Source: Candidatus Saganbacteria bacterium (lineage in GTDB: Bacteria; Margulisbacteria; WOR-1; JAKLHX01). From it: DNA of 32,000 nt. Every line of letters begins with the position of its first letter. Position 1 is the first letter of the stretch. This document shows, one piece after another, positions 9,410 to 19,108 of the stretch. The stretch covers positions 1 through 32,000 of the forward strand of contig JAPLKZ010000010.1 of NCBI GenBank assembly GCA_026387835.1, written 5' to 3'. The position numbers were made by a program, and so were the translations under genes. The notes under the pieces were generated by a model that ran no database searches, was not told the origin of the DNA, and saw only the letters and a program-made list of their open reading frames with translations.

Positions 9410-9808
9410 TTACCATACGAAACAGAGAACTTCTCCGCCGATCCTTTTTTCCCTGGCTCCCCTGTCAGCCATCAATCCCGACGAGGTCGATAATATGGCC
9501 GACCCGAAGCCTCCGCGCACTCTTGGCAGTTTTGAAAAAGGAACATATATATGCCTGCCGGGAGTGCTGATCCTTTTCATCCCGCTGATCATGTTTTTTT
9601 TCTGCTTTCCGTATTTTAAATACACGGTCAGGACTTTAAAGTTCTTTTTTGTGGAAACATCTAAGTTCGATATAAAACCTTCGGACTTCAGGATGCGCGC
9701 TATCTCTTCTTTTATTTTGGAAGAAGGCATTTCCACGCTCCCTGCCCCGGTCCTTATCGCGTTCTTTATCCTTGATATCATATCGGCGATCGGATCTGTC
9801 AAGACCAT
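9410..9808 (-). CDS. rpsH: 30S ribosomal protein S8
   Basis: MVLTDPIADMISRIKNAIRTG...RISTPGRHIYVPFSKLPRVRGGFGSAILSTSSGLMADRGAREKRIGGEVLCFVW. Confidence 0.97.
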   Translation of the reverse strand: MVLTDPIADMISRIKNAIRTGAGSVEMPSSKIKEEIARILKSEGFISNLDVSTKKNFKVLTVYLKYGKQKKNMISGMKRISTPGRHIYVPFSKLPRVRGGFGSAILSTSSGLMADRGAREKRIGGEVLCFVW

Positions 9809-9821
9809 CTTTTTCTCCTTG

Positions 9822-10007
9822 TCACCAGCTGGATTTTGTTACGCCCGGAAGCACGCCCTGATGGGCGAGCGTCCTGAAGCATATCCTGCAGAGCCCGAAC
9901 TTTTTATAGAAAGCCCGCGGCCTGCCGCACTGCTTGCACCGCGACCTTCTCCTGGTGGAAAATTTTACTTTTTTCTTTGTCTTTGCGATCCATGAAGTCT
10001 TTCCCAT
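9822..10007 (-). CDS. rpsN: 30S ribosomal protein S14, zinc-binding (type Z)
   Basis: [61 protein letters not shown] (61 aa, CxxC...CxxC); start refined from the longer ORF. Confidence 0.97.
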   Translation of the reverse strand: MGKTSWIAKTKKKVKFSTRRRSRCKQCGRPRAFYKKFGLCRICFRTLAHQGVLPGVTKSSW

Positions 10008-10017
10008 TGTTACTCCT

Positions 10018-10563
10018 TTAAGCTGCCCTGTAAGGAACTCCGAAATATTTAAGCAGGGACCTTGCCTCATCGTCGGTCTTTGCCGAAGTGCAGATCGTGA
10101 TGTCCATCCCCCTTGTCTTGTCGACCTTGTCATAATCGATCTCGGGAAATATCAGCTGCTCCGTTATCCCTAAAGTGTAATTTCCCTTCCCGTCGAACGA
10201 CTTTGGCGGCACACCTTTAAAATCCCGTATCCTCGGAAGGCTTAAGTTTATAAGCTTGTCTAGGAACTGGTACATCCTGCTGCCGCGAAGCGTCACTTTG
10301 CAACCTACCGGCTGCTTTGCGCGGACCTTGAAAACGGCGATGGATTTCTTTGCTTTTGTTATGAGCGGCTTCTGCCCTGTTATCTGCGCGAGCTCGTTCG
10401 ACGCAATGTCAAGAGCCTTCGGGTTCTGAACGGCTTCTCCCACGCCCCTGTTCACAACGACTTTTACTACCCTTGGTATTTCATGGTCGTTCTTGTAGTT
10501 GAACTCCTTTTTCATCGCTGCTTTTATTTCTTTTTCGTATTTTATCTTCAGTGTCTTTGCCAT
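10018..10563 (-). CDS. rplE: 50S ribosomal protein L5
   Basis: [23 protein letters not shown]...[43 protein letters not shown]...[26 protein letters not shown]. Confidence 0.98.
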   Translation of the reverse strand: MAKTLKIKYEKEIKAAMKKEFNYKNDHEIPRVVKVVVNRGVGEAVQNPKALDIASNELAQITGQKPLITKAKKSIAVFKVRAKQPVGCKVTLRGSRMYQFLDKLINLSLPRIRDFKGVPPKSFDGKGNYTLGITEQLIFPEIDYDKVDKTRGMDITICTSAKTDDEARSLLKYFGVPYRAA

Positions 10564-10565
10564 TT

Positions 10566-10874
10566 TTATTTGCCTTTATCTATTATCTGCCCGCATCTCC
10601 TGCAGGACCTGAAAGAATCTTTTTTCCCCAGTCTGGACGGCTTGCCGCAATGCGGGCATACTACCATCAGTTTTGACAGGGATACGGGCATCAGTTTGTC
10701 TATTATCCCGCCGGGAAAAGTCCTTGACGGTTTTTGGTGTTTTTTTGCGACGTTTACCTTTTCCACCAACGCGCTGTCCTTTTTTGGAAGGACTTTTAAC
10801 ACCTTTGACCTTTTGCCCTTGTCTTTTCCGCTTAGCACCAGCACTGTATCGTCTTTTTTTATTCTTGGTTGCAT
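10566..10874 (-). CDS. rplX: 50S ribosomal protein L24 with C-terminal CxxC-CxxC segment
   Basis: [45 protein letters not shown]...[32 protein letters not shown]. Confidence 0.95.
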   Translation of the reverse strand: MQPRIKKDDTVLVLSGKDKGKRSKVLKVLPKKDSALVEKVNVAKKHQKPSRTFPGGIIDKLMPVSLSKLMVVCPHCGKPSRLGKKDSFRSCRRCGQIIDKGK

Positions 10875-11242
10875 TATACTACCTCTGTCGCGAGCGAGAT
10901 TATCTTCATATAGTTCCTGTCCCTGAGCTCTCTTGCCACAGGCCCGAAAACCCTTGTCCCTACAGGGTTGCCCTGGTCGTTTATTATCACGACCGCGTTA
11001 TCGTCGAACCTGACATAAGATCCGTCCGGCCTTCTGATGGATTTTGTTATCCGGACTACCACCGCCTTGACGATCGCGCTTTTCTTCACGGTCATGTTCG
11101 GGACCGCATCTTTTACGACCCCGATTATCACGTCGCCGATACTCGCGTACCTCCTGTAGGATGAGCCCAGGATCCTTATGCACAGCACTTCTCTTGCCCC
11201 GGAATTGTCCGCGACAGTCAGTCTAGTTTGTACTTGTATCAT
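10874..11242 (-). CDS. rplN: 50S ribosomal protein L14
   Basis: [49 protein letters not shown]...[28 protein letters not shown]. Confidence 0.98.
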   Translation of the reverse strand: MIQVQTRLTVADNSGAREVLCIRILGSSYRRYASIGDVIIGVVKDAVPNMTVKKSAIVKAVVVRITKSIRRPDGSYVRFDDNAVVIINDQGNPVGTRVFGPVARELRDRNYMKIISLATEVV

Positions 11243-11495
11243 GCCCTTTTCCCGTTCTTTCCTGCTCGATCACTGTTTCCACGCGCCATCTTTTTGTCTT
11301 TGAAAGCGGCCTGGTCTCGGTTATCGACACTTTATCCCCGACATTACATTTGTTTTCTTCGTCGTGGCAGACGAACCTGCTTGTCTTTGACACGACCTTC
11401 TGGTAAAGCGGGTGCTTGAACCTTTGTTCCACTCCCACTATCACGGTCTTGTCCATCTTGTTCTTAAGGACGAAACCTTCTTTTAATTTCCGCAT
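11223..11495 (-). CDS. rpsQ: 30S ribosomal protein S17
   Basis: [72 protein letters not shown]. The ATG at about 11495 is preferred over the TTG used in the track (11510). Confidence 0.94.
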   Translation of the reverse strand: MRKLKEGFVLKNKMDKTVIVGVEQRFKHPLYQKVVSKTSRFVCHDEENKCNVGDKVSITETRPLSKTKRWRVETVIEQERTGKGHDTSTN

Positions 11496-11499
11496 ATTC

Positions 11500-11694
11500 C
11501 TATTCTCCAATTTCTTTCTCCTTCATGATCGTCAGCATCCTCGCGATGTCCTTCCTTATTTCTTTTTTCTTAAGCGGGTTCTTGAGCTGTCCGACGGAAG
11601 CCGTGAACCGCACCTTAAGAAGCTCCGTCCTCAGGTCTTTCAACTTGAGCGCCAGCTCTTCGGCCTTCATCTCTCTTATTTTTTTTGGTTCCAT
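11500..11694 (-). CDS. rpmC: 50S ribosomal protein L29
   Basis: [61 protein letters not shown]. The start could also be the GTG at 11700. Confidence 0.93.
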   Translation of the reverse strand: MEPKKIREMKAEELALKLKDLRTELLKVRFTASVGQLKNPLKKKEIRKDIARMLTIMKEKEIGE

Positions 11695-11696
11695 TA

Positions 11697-12107
11697 TCAC
11701 ACCTTTTCTACGAATCTTGTCTTTATCGGCATCTTGTGGGCCGCAAGGCGCATCGCCTCGATCCCGTCCGCTCTTTTCACGCCCGCCAGCTCAAACAGTA
11801 TCGTACCAGGCCTTACGCACGCGACAAAATATTCGGGAGCGCCTTTTCCTCCGCCCATCCTGGTTTCGGCCGGTCTGGAGCTGTAAGGTTTGTCCGCGAG
11901 CACCCTGATCCATACCTTGCCGCCCCTTTTAATAAAATGTGTCAGCGCTTTTCTTGCCGATTCGAGCTGTTTTACCTTGAGCCATGCCTTTTCCATCGCC
12001 TGGAGCCCGTAGCTCCCGAATGCGAGCGTGTTACCGCTTGAAGCGGTCCCTTTCATTACCCCTCTTTGCTGCTTTCTGAATTTTGTCCTGCCCGGTTGCA
12101 GTACCAT
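11697..12107 (-). CDS. rplP: 50S ribosomal protein L16
   Basis: MVLQPGRTKFRKQQRGVMKGTASSGNTLAFGSYGLQAMEKAWLKVKQLESARKALTHFIKRGGKVWIRVLADKPYSSRPAETRMGGGKG. Confidence 0.98.
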   Translation of the reverse strand: MVLQPGRTKFRKQQRGVMKGTASSGNTLAFGSYGLQAMEKAWLKVKQLESARKALTHFIKRGGKVWIRVLADKPYSSRPAETRMGGGKGAPEYFVACVRPGTILFELAGVKRADGIEAMRLAAHKMPIKTRFVEKV

Positions 12108-12117
12108 TTTTTTTACC

Positions 12118-12807
12118 TCACAACGTCATCTGGGAAACGACCTGTTCCTGCTGTACCGCCACAGGTTTTTGCTCCTGCACTTTTAAGACATCGCCTTTAT
12201 AGATCCACACTTTTACGCCGATCTTACCGTAAAGCGTCATTGCCTCCGCGAAACCGTAATCGATCTTTGCTCTCAGCTTGTGCAGGGGCACCTGGCCTCT
12301 CCGGTACCATTCCGACCTGGCGATCTCCGCTCCTCCGAGCCTTCCGCCCACCATTACTTTTATGCCTTTTGCGCCGGAACGGAGAGCTTTCATCACCGAC
12401 TGCCTCATCACTCTCCTGAAAGCGATCCTTTTTTCGAGCTGCAGTACGATGTTTTCAGCCACCAGCTGGGAATCCGTCTCCGGATTAGATACTTCCTGTA
12501 CATCAACCTGCGCCTGTTTCTTTGTCATCGCGACTATTTCGTCCCTTATGAACGCTATATCGCGCCCGCCTTTACCGATTATGAGGCCCGGCCTTGCCGT
12601 GAACAGGATTATTTCGATCTGATTGGCCCTTCTTGATATCCTGATCTTCGAAATGCCTGCTTTGTACAGCTTTCTTTTCAGGAATTTCCTGATCATCATG
12701 TCTTCATCGACATTATTAGAATAATTCTGCCCTTCGGCATACCAGCTGCTGTCCCAGTCCTCGTTTATGCCCAGGCGCAGACCTCTCGGATGTATCTTTT
12801 GTCCCAT
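12118..12807 (-). CDS. rpsC: 30S ribosomal protein S3
   Basis: [30 protein letters not shown]...[13 protein letters not shown]...[36 protein letters not shown]; start refined to the internal ATG overlapping the rplV stop. Confidence 0.97.
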   Translation of the reverse strand: MGQKIHPRGLRLGINEDWDSSWYAEGQNYSNNVDEDMMIRKFLKRKLYKAGISKIRISRRANQIEIILFTARPGLIIGKGGRDIAFIRDEIVAMTKKQAQVDVQEVSNPETDSQLVAENIVLQLEKRIAFRRVMRQSVMKALRSGAKGIKVMVGGRLGGAEIARSEWYRRGQVPLHKLRAKIDYGFAEAMTLYGKIGVKVWIYKGDVLKVQEQKPVAVQQEQVVSQMTL

Positions 12808-13139
12808 TATTTTGCCTCCACGATCATCGTTATATGGCATGCTCTTTTAAGGATATGGTGGGCCCTGCCTCTCGAAGCCGCCCTGAACCTTTTCATTGGT
12901 GTCGAGGGCCCAGCATAGCACTCAGCCAGCTTTAGAGATTCCTTGTCCGTTTTATAATTATGTTTTGCGTTCGCGACAGCGCTCTTCAGCGTTTCATAAG
13001 CGTACTTCGCCCCGGAATGGGGAAGGAATTTCAGGATCGTCAATGCATCCTGCACGCTTTTTCCCCTGATAAGAGAAAGGACCCTGTTCACTTTCCTCTG
13101 TGAGACCCGCAAATATTTTGATACTGCTTTTACTTTCAT
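12807..13139 (-). CDS. rplV: 50S ribosomal protein L22
   Basis: [61 protein letters not shown]...[24 protein letters not shown]. Confidence 0.97.
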   Translation of the reverse strand: MKVKAVSKYLRVSQRKVNRVLSLIRGKSVQDALTILKFLPHSGAKYAYETLKSAVANAKHNYKTDKESLKLAECYAGPSTPMKRFRAASRGRAHHILKRACHITMIVEAK

Positions 13140-13152
13140 AATTTCCTTAATT

Positions 13153-13437
13153 TTATGTCAGTGCCGCGGCTTTATCCGTCGGGACACTATGGCCTTTAAA
13201 ATGCCTGGTGGGAGAGAACTCTCCGAGCTTGTGCCCGACCATATTCTCGGTTATATAGACAGGAATATGCTTCATGCCGTTATGCACGGCGATCGTGAAC
13301 CCGACCATCTCCGGGATGATAGTCGACCTTCTTGACCAGGTCTTAATGATCTTCTTGTCATTTGCCTGCATCGCGGCGATTATTTTATCCAGCAGATGCT
13401 TGTCTATGAACGGTCCTTTTCTCAGAGATCTGGCCAT
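13153..13437 (-). CDS. rpsS: 30S ribosomal protein S19
   Basis: [19 protein letters not shown]...[53 protein letters not shown]. Confidence 0.98.
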   Translation of the reverse strand: MARSLRKGPFIDKHLLDKIIAAMQANDKKIIKTWSRRSTIIPEMVGFTIAVHNGMKHIPVYITENMVGHKLGEFSPTRHFKGHSVPTDKAAALT

Positions 13438-13440
13438 GAT

Positions 13441-14271
13441 TTATTTTTTCCTCCTGGTTAGTATGAACCTGTCTGACAGTTTTCTCTTGTGCCGCGTCTT
13501 ATAACCGAGCGTCGGCTTGCCCCAGGGCGTAAGCGGCCCCGGATGGCCGATAGGCGATCTGCCCTCGCCTCCTCCGTGAGGATGGTCGCACGGGTTCATT
13601 GCTATACCCCTGACTGACGGCCTGATGCCGAGATGCCTTCTTCGTCCGGCTTTTCCGTACGAAATGTTCTTAGCGTCAAGGTTGCCCACCTGCCCGATGC
13701 ATGCCCTGCAGTTTATATCTATCAGCCTTTCCTCTCCCGAAGGAAGCCTCACGGTCGCAAATCTTCCTTCTTTCGCGTTAAGGACTGCCGAGCCGCCCGC
13801 AGATCTTGCTATCTGTCCGCCTTTTCCCCTGGTAAGCTCTACGTTATAGATCGTCGTTCCTACGGGGATGTTCTTAAGCGGCATATTATTACCGGCTTTT
13901 ATGTCCGAGTCCTGACCGGACATTATTGTGTCGCCTACTTTTATCCCCAGCGGCGCGATAATGTATCTTCTTTCCTTATCTTCGTATTCGATAAGGCATA
14001 TCCTCGCGTTCCTGTTAGGGTCATATTCTATACTGAGTATCTTTGCCGGCATGTCGTCCTTGTCCCTTTTAAAATCCACTATCCTGTATTTTATTTTATT
14101 TCCGCCGCCTTTATGCCTGACCGAGACCCTTCCCGAAGAATCACGTCCGGCATTTCCCTTTAACGGCAGAAGAAGCGATCTTTCCGGCTTAGACGTCGTG
14201 ATATCATCCAGCACAAGGTCGATCCTTGTCCTGGTGCCCGGGGTCCTCGGCCTGAACTGTTTTAGTGCCAT
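13441..14271 (-). CDS. rplB: 50S ribosomal protein L2
   Basis: [16 protein letters not shown]...[30 protein letters not shown]...[49 protein letters not shown]. Confidence 0.98.
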   Translation of the reverse strand: MALKQFRPRTPGTRTRIDLVLDDITTSKPERSLLLPLKGNAGRDSSGRVSVRHKGGGNKIKYRIVDFKRDKDDMPAKILSIEYDPNRNARICLIEYEDKERRYIIAPLGIKVGDTIMSGQDSDIKAGNNMPLKNIPVGTTIYNVELTRGKGGQIARSAGGSAVLNAKEGRFATVRLPSGEERLIDINCRACIGQVGNLDAKNISYGKAGRRRHLGIRPSVRGIAMNPCDHPHGGGEGRSPIGHPGPLTPWGKPTLGYKTRHKRKLSDRFILTRRKK

Positions 14272-14273
14272 CG

Positions 14274-14564
14274 CTATAACATCCCTTCGATCAACTCTAT
14301 TCTTTGCCCGGCTTTAAGCTTTACATAAGCCTTTTTCCAGCTGCTGGTCCTGCCTGCATGCTTGCCCATACTTCTGGGCTTGCCTTTCAATTTTACCGTG
14401 TTCACATCGAGCACTTTTACGCTGAACATCATTTCGACAGCTCTTCTGATATCTATTTTTGTCGCATCGGCCCTTACCACAAAAACATATATGTCATCTT
14501 TTTTGAGCAATGTCGCCTTTTCGGTTATCAGCGGCCTTATTATTATCTGTTCATTCTCTTTCAT
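14274..14564 (-). CDS. rplW: 50S ribosomal protein L23
   Basis: [96 protein letters not shown]; start refined to the internal Met. Confidence 0.95.
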   Translation of the reverse strand: MKENEQIIIRPLITEKATLLKKDDIYVFVVRADATKIDIRRAVEMMFSVKVLDVNTVKLKGKPRSMGKHAGRTSSWKKAYVKLKAGQRIELIEGML

Positions 14565-15190
14565 TTTTTCTTTGACAGCCTTCCTTCGATATTGGACAGC
14601 GTCAGCCTGTCGAGGACAAGCCACTCATAATCCAATATATCAAATATTCTCATGCTGTTGCTGGACGCGAGCTTGATCTTTTCAAGATTTGCCGCGGCCC
14701 TTTTCTCGTTCGTTCCCGCGCCGTCGAGGAGGATCAGGGCATTCGTCACTCCCAGGCCGTTCAATAAAGCTTTCATCTCTTTTGTCTTCGGGTTCTTCAG
14801 CTCTATTTTTTCCACGATCTTGAGCTTTCCCGAAGCTACTTTATCGGAAATGGCCATTCTCAATGCGAGAGATCTTACCTTTTTGGGCAGCGAAGTAGAA
14901 TGGTCCCTCGGCTTTGGCCCGAATAGTACGCCGCCGCCTCTCCATAGAGGTGATCTAATGGTACCCGCTCTCGCGCGGCCGGTCCCTTTTTGCTTCCATG
15001 GTTTTTTTCCTCCGCCCCTGACCTCTGCTCTTGTCTTTGCGCTGGCATTCCCGTGCCTCATCGAAGCAAGCTGCCATTTGACGGCCGAATGGACCACCGA
15101 GTCCTTTACAGGGATACCAAAGACATAATCCATTGCGTCCACGGTCCCCGCCTTTTTACCTATCAGATCAAATACCGGTATATTTACCAT
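14561..15190 (-). CDS. rplD: 50S ribosomal protein L4
   Basis: [73 protein letters not shown]. Confidence 0.97.
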   Translation of the reverse strand: MVNIPVFDLIGKKAGTVDAMDYVFGIPVKDSVVHSAVKWQLASMRHGNASAKTRAEVRGGGKKPWKQKGTGRARAGTIRSPLWRGGGVLFGPKPRDHSTSLPKKVRSLALRMAISDKVASGKLKIVEKIELKNPKTKEMKALLNGLGVTNALILLDGAGTNEKRAAANLEKIKLASSNSMRIFDILDYEWLVLDRLTLSNIEGRLSKKK

Positions 15191-15191
15191 C

Positions 15192-15800
15192 TTATGAAAC
15201 CTTTCTTATCAAAAGTAGTCCGCCTTCTACACCCGGAACAGCGCCTTTAATGTAGATCGAGTTGGTTTCCGGTTCAATTTTTACTATTTTGAGATTCTTT
15301 ACGGTCACATATTCTCCCCCGAGGCGGCCCGCCATCCTTTTTCCTTTATATACTCTGCCCGGCGTCGTGCCGGCGCCTATCGATCCGGGTATCCTGTGGG
15401 ACTTCGAACCGTGGGACATCGGGCTCCTTCTGAAATGATGCCTTTTTACCGTGCCCGCAAAACCCTTACCTATCGAAGTCCCTCTGACCGACACAAGCTC
15501 GCCTTCACTAAAGATATCCGCTTTTATCTGCTGCCCTGCCTTTAATCCGTCTTTTTTGTCGGCTTTGAATTCGTGAAAATGTTTAAGGCTTTCTTCTATT
15601 CCTGCTTTTTTCAGCTGGCCCAAAACCGGTTTTGTCGCCTTTTTGATCTTTTCGAATCCGACCTTAACGGCAGAGGTGTCCTCGTTAATCGAGACAACAT
15701 AACAGGGACCCGCTTCAACAACGGTTACCGGGACTACAAGCCCTGTTTTGTCAAATATCTGGGTCATCCCTATTTTTTTGCCGAGCATACCGTTCATCAT
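15192..15800 (-). CDS. rplC: 50S ribosomal protein L3
   Basis: MLGKKIGMTQIFDKTGLVVPVTVVEAGPCYVV...GTSIGKGFAGTVKRHHFRRSPMSHGSKSHRIPGSIGAGTTPGRVYKGKRMAGRLGGEYVT. Confidence 0.97.
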   Translation of the reverse strand: MMNGMLGKKIGMTQIFDKTGLVVPVTVVEAGPCYVVSINEDTSAVKVGFEKIKKATKPVLGQLKKAGIEESLKHFHEFKADKKDGLKAGQQIKADIFSEGELVSVRGTSIGKGFAGTVKRHHFRRSPMSHGSKSHRIPGSIGAGTTPGRVYKGKRMAGRLGGEYVTVKNLKIVKIEPETNSIYIKGAVPGVEGGLLLIRKVS

Positions 15801-15824
15801 CTTAAAAGACTCCTTACTTCTTTC

Positions 15825-16136
15825 TTATGACAGCTTGATCTCTATGTCCACACCCGACGGAAGGTCTATCTGCATAAGCGCATCGACCGTCTGTGGAGCG
15901 GGATCGAGTATATCTATAAGCCTTTTATGCGTCCTGATCTCGAAATGTTCCCTTGATTTCTTGTCGACATGCGGGGAACGCAGGACGCAGTAGACCTCTT
16001 TATCCGTCGGCAGCGGGATCGGACCGGACACTGCCGCACCCGCCCTTTTTGCCGTGTCTATTATCTTCTCCGCGGACTGGTCGACGACCCTGTGATCGTA
16101 TCCTTTCAGCCTGATCCTTATTTTCTGTCTTTTCAT
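15825..16136 (-). CDS. rpsJ: 30S ribosomal protein S10
   Basis: [72 protein letters not shown]. Confidence 0.98.
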   Translation of the reverse strand: MKRQKIRIRLKGYDHRVVDQSAEKIIDTAKRAGAAVSGPIPLPTDKEVYCVLRSPHVDKKSREHFEIRTHKRLIDILDPAPQTVDALMQIDLPSGVDIEIKLS

Positions 16137-16143
16137 GTTTTGT

Positions 16144-18222
16144 TTAAGCCTTCCCCGAGTTCTTTAGAATTATCGATTCGGAAATATTTTTCGGCACTTC
16201 CTCGTATGAATTGAACTCCATAGTGAAAGAAGCTCTTCCCTGAGAGCATGATCTGAGCGACGTGGAATACCCGAACATCTCGGAAAGAGGCACTTTTGTC
16301 TTGATCGTCTGCATGCTTTTATAAGCTTCCATCCCTTCGATCCTCGCCCTTCTGCTGCTGAGGTCTCCCATCACATCCCCGAGGTATTGCTCCGGCGTCA
16401 CGGCTTCGACTTTCATTATCGGCTCGAGCAATACCGGCTTCGCCTTTACAAATGCCGCTTTGAAACACATGGAAGCCGCTATCTTGAAAGCTATTTCCGA
16501 AGAATCCACCTCGTGATAAGAACCGTCAAACACGGTGACCTTCACGTTGATGACCGGATATCCCGCTATCACGCCTGTGGTCATAGCTTCTTTCACGCCG
16601 TCTTCGATCGCGGGTATATATTCCCGTGGTATCGCGCCGCCTACGACTTTATTCTCGAACTCAAAAGTCTTGTTTTTTGTCGGCTCGATCTTCAGCCAGA
16701 CATGGCCGTACTGCCCGCGGCCTCCGGTCTGCCTGATAAATTTCCCTTCGGCTTCTGAATGGCCTTTTATCGTCTCCTTGTAGGCTACCTGCGGCTTGCC
16801 GACATTGGCATCTACTTTGAATTCCCTGAAAAGCCTGTCGACTATTATTTCCAGATGCAGCTCTCCCATCCCTTCAATGATCGTCTGTCCGGAGTCCTGG
16901 TCCGTGTGCACGCGGAACGTCGGATCTTCCTCTGCCAATTTCTGGAGAGAGATCCCGAGTTTTTCCTGGTCGGCTTTTGTCTTCGGCTCGATCGCCACCG
17001 ATATGACCGGCTCCGGAAAGATTATTGACTCCAGTATCACCGGCGACTTTTCGTCGCACAGAGTGTCTCCCGTTGTAGTGTTCTTTAATCCAACCGCACC
17101 CGCGATATCTCCGGCATGCACTTCATCTATCTCTTCCCTTTTATTCGCGTGCATCTGCAGGAGCCTTCCTATCCTCTCTTTATGGCCTTTTGTCGAATTA
17201 AGCACGTACGAACCGTTATTCAGGACACCCGAATATACCCTGAAGAACGTTAATCTTCCCACAAAAGGATCGCTCATTATCTTGAACGCAAGCGCGGAAA
17301 AAGGCGCCGAATCGGACGCGCTTCTTATCAGCTCATCTCCGCTGTCCGGATCTATACCTTTTACGGCCCTCACTTCCAGAGGCGAAGGCAGATATTCGAT
17401 GACCGCGTCAATGAGCGGCTGGACGCCTTTGTTCTTAAAGGCCGTGCCGCATGTCACGGGCACTATACGCCCCGCTATCGTCGCGGCCCTCAGGCCTTTT
17501 TTTATCTCTTCGACTGTGAGCTTGTGGCCGTCCAGATACTTGATCATCAGGCTGTCGTCTGATTCCGCCGCCGCTTCGACGACCTTTTCGTGGTATCTAT
17601 AAGCTTTTGACTTCAATTCATCTGGTATCGCCTGTTCGGTGAATTTTTCACCTGTCTCTTCATCATACATGTATGCTTTCATCTCGACCAGATCTATGAC
17701 GCCTTTAAAATTTTCTTCGGCACCTACCGGCAGCTGTATCGGTACCGGGTGAGCATGAAGTCTTTCAGCCATCATCTTCACCGCTCTTTTAAAATCCGCT
17801 CCTACCCTGTCCATTTTATTTATGAACGCGATACGCGGCACGTGGTGCTTGACCGCCTGCCTCCAGACCGTCTCGCTCTGCGGCTGCACTCCCCCGACCG
17901 CGCAGAAGACAGCCACAACGCCGTCAAGGACGCGCAACGATCGCTCAACCTCGACAGTGAAGTCGACATGTCCCGGAGTATCGATGATGTTTATCCTGGT
18001 ATTCTTCCAGAAACACGTCGTGCATGCCGAAGTTATCGTTATTCCTCTTTCTTTTTCCTGCTCCATCCAGTCCATTGTCGCCGTCCCTTCATGCACTTCG
18101 CCGATCTTGTACAGTTTTCCCGTGTAATACAGTATCCTTTCGGTCAATGTGGTCTTGCCCGCATCTATGTGCGCCACGATCCCTATGTTCCTTGTGCGTT
18201 CAAGGCTGTAATCTCTTGCCAT
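16144..18222 (-). CDS. fusA: Elongation factor G
   Basis: [25 protein letters not shown]...[13 protein letters not shown]...[47 protein letters not shown]...; 692 aa. Confidence 0.98.
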   Translation of the reverse strand: MARDYSLERTRNIGIVAHIDAGKTTLTERILYYTGKLYKIGEVHEGTATMDWMEQEKERGITITSACTTCFWKNTRINIIDTPGHVDFTVEVERSLRVLDGVVAVFCAVGGVQPQSETVWRQAVKHHVPRIAFINKMDRVGADFKRAVKMMAERLHAHPVPIQLPVGAEENFKGVIDLVEMKAYMYDEETGEKFTEQAIPDELKSKAYRYHEKVVEAAAESDDSLMIKYLDGHKLTVEEIKKGLRAATIAGRIVPVTCGTAFKNKGVQPLIDAVIEYLPSPLEVRAVKGIDPDSGDELIRSASDSAPFSALAFKIMSDPFVGRLTFFRVYSGVLNNGSYVLNSTKGHKERIGRLLQMHANKREEIDEVHAGDIAGAVGLKNTTTGDTLCDEKSPVILESIIFPEPVISVAIEPKTKADQEKLGISLQKLAEEDPTFRVHTDQDSGQTIIEGMGELHLEIIVDRLFREFKVDANVGKPQVAYKETIKGHSEAEGKFIRQTGGRGQYGHVWLKIEPTKNKTFEFENKVVGGAIPREYIPAIEDGVKEAMTTGVIAGYPVINVKVTVFDGSYHEVDSSEIAFKIAASMCFKAAFVKAKPVLLEPIMKVEAVTPEQYLGDVMGDLSSRRARIEGMEAYKSMQTIKTKVPLSEMFGYSTSLRSCSQGRASFTMEFNSYEEVPKNISESIILKNSGKA

Positions 18223-18231
18223 TTTATCCCT

Positions 18232-18702
18232 TTACCACCTGAAGTGAGCGAACGCCTTGTTCGCATCCGCGGTCTTATGCAGGTCCTCTTTCTTTTTAAG
18301 CGCCCCGCCTGTATTTGAAAAAGCGTCAAAAAGTTCGGCCGACAGTTTTTCCTGCATCGATCTGCCCTGCCGCGCCATCGCGCCTTCCTTCAGCCATTTC
18401 ATGGCTATTGCCGTTCCTCTTTCTCTTTCAACCTCTATCGGTATCTGGTATGTCGATCCCCCGACTCGCCTTGCCTTCACTTCCATCAGCGGCGTGGCGT
18501 TCCTTATTGCCTGCTCGAACACCTCAAGAGGGCTTTTGCTGCCTTTTTTTGAGATGATGTCCATCGCTTTGTACACTATACCTTCGGCTTTGCTTTTCTT
18601 TCCCATCATCATTATCCTGTTGATGAATTTCTGGACAAGCACGCTGTTGTACTTTGAATCAGGACTTATCTTCCTTTTTACTACCCGTCCCCTTCTTGGC
18701 AT
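18232..18702 (-). CDS. rpsG: 30S ribosomal protein S7
   Basis: MPRRGRVVKRKISPDSKYNSVLVQKFINRIMMMGKKSKAEGIVYKAMD...RRVGGSTYQIPIEV. Confidence 0.98.
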   Translation of the reverse strand: MPRRGRVVKRKISPDSKYNSVLVQKFINRIMMMGKKSKAEGIVYKAMDIISKKGSKSPLEVFEQAIRNATPLMEVKARRVGGSTYQIPIEVERERGTAIAMKWLKEGAMARQGRSMQEKLSAELFDAFSNTGGALKKKEDLHKTADANKAFAHFRW

Positions 18703-18718
18703 ATTTGCTCCTTATCCT

Positions 18719-19102
18719 TTATTTGACCTGTTTTTTCGGTTTCTTCGCCCCATACTTTGAGCGGGATTTCATGCGGTTCTCTACTCCCGCCGTATCAAAA
18801 GTTCCTCTGACTATGTGGTATCTTACTCCCGGAAGGTCTTTGACCCTTCCCCCGCGGATAAGGACCACCGAGTGCTCCTGCAGATTATGCCCGACACCCG
18901 GTATGTATGCCGTTACTTCGAGACCGTTGGTGATCCTCACCCTCGCGACTTTTCTCAGCGCTGAGTTCGGCTTTTTGGGAGTTGTCGTGTACACCCTCAA
19001 ACAAACCGCCCTTTTCAAAGGGCAGCCTGCCAGGGCCGGCGCTTTGCTTTTTGTATTTTTTTCATTTCTCCCTTTTCTTATCAACTGTGATATGGTCGGC
19101 AT
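18719..19102 (-). CDS. rpsL: 30S ribosomal protein S12
   Basis: [12 protein letters not shown]...[68 protein letters not shown]. Confidence 0.98.
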   Translation of the reverse strand: MPTISQLIRKGRNEKNTKSKAPALAGCPLKRAVCLRVYTTTPKKPNSALRKVARVRITNGLEVTAYIPGVGHNLQEHSVVLIRGGRVKDLPGVRYHIVRGTFDTAGVENRMKSRSKYGAKKPKKQVK

Positions 19103-19108
19103 TTGATC

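Noticed and set aside
16796-18318. Plus-strand ORFs 16796..17602 (268 aa) and 17749..18318 (189 aa) opposite fusA
   Set aside because: Antisense to the conserved EF-G coding sequence; no independent motif or plausible ribosome-binding context noted.
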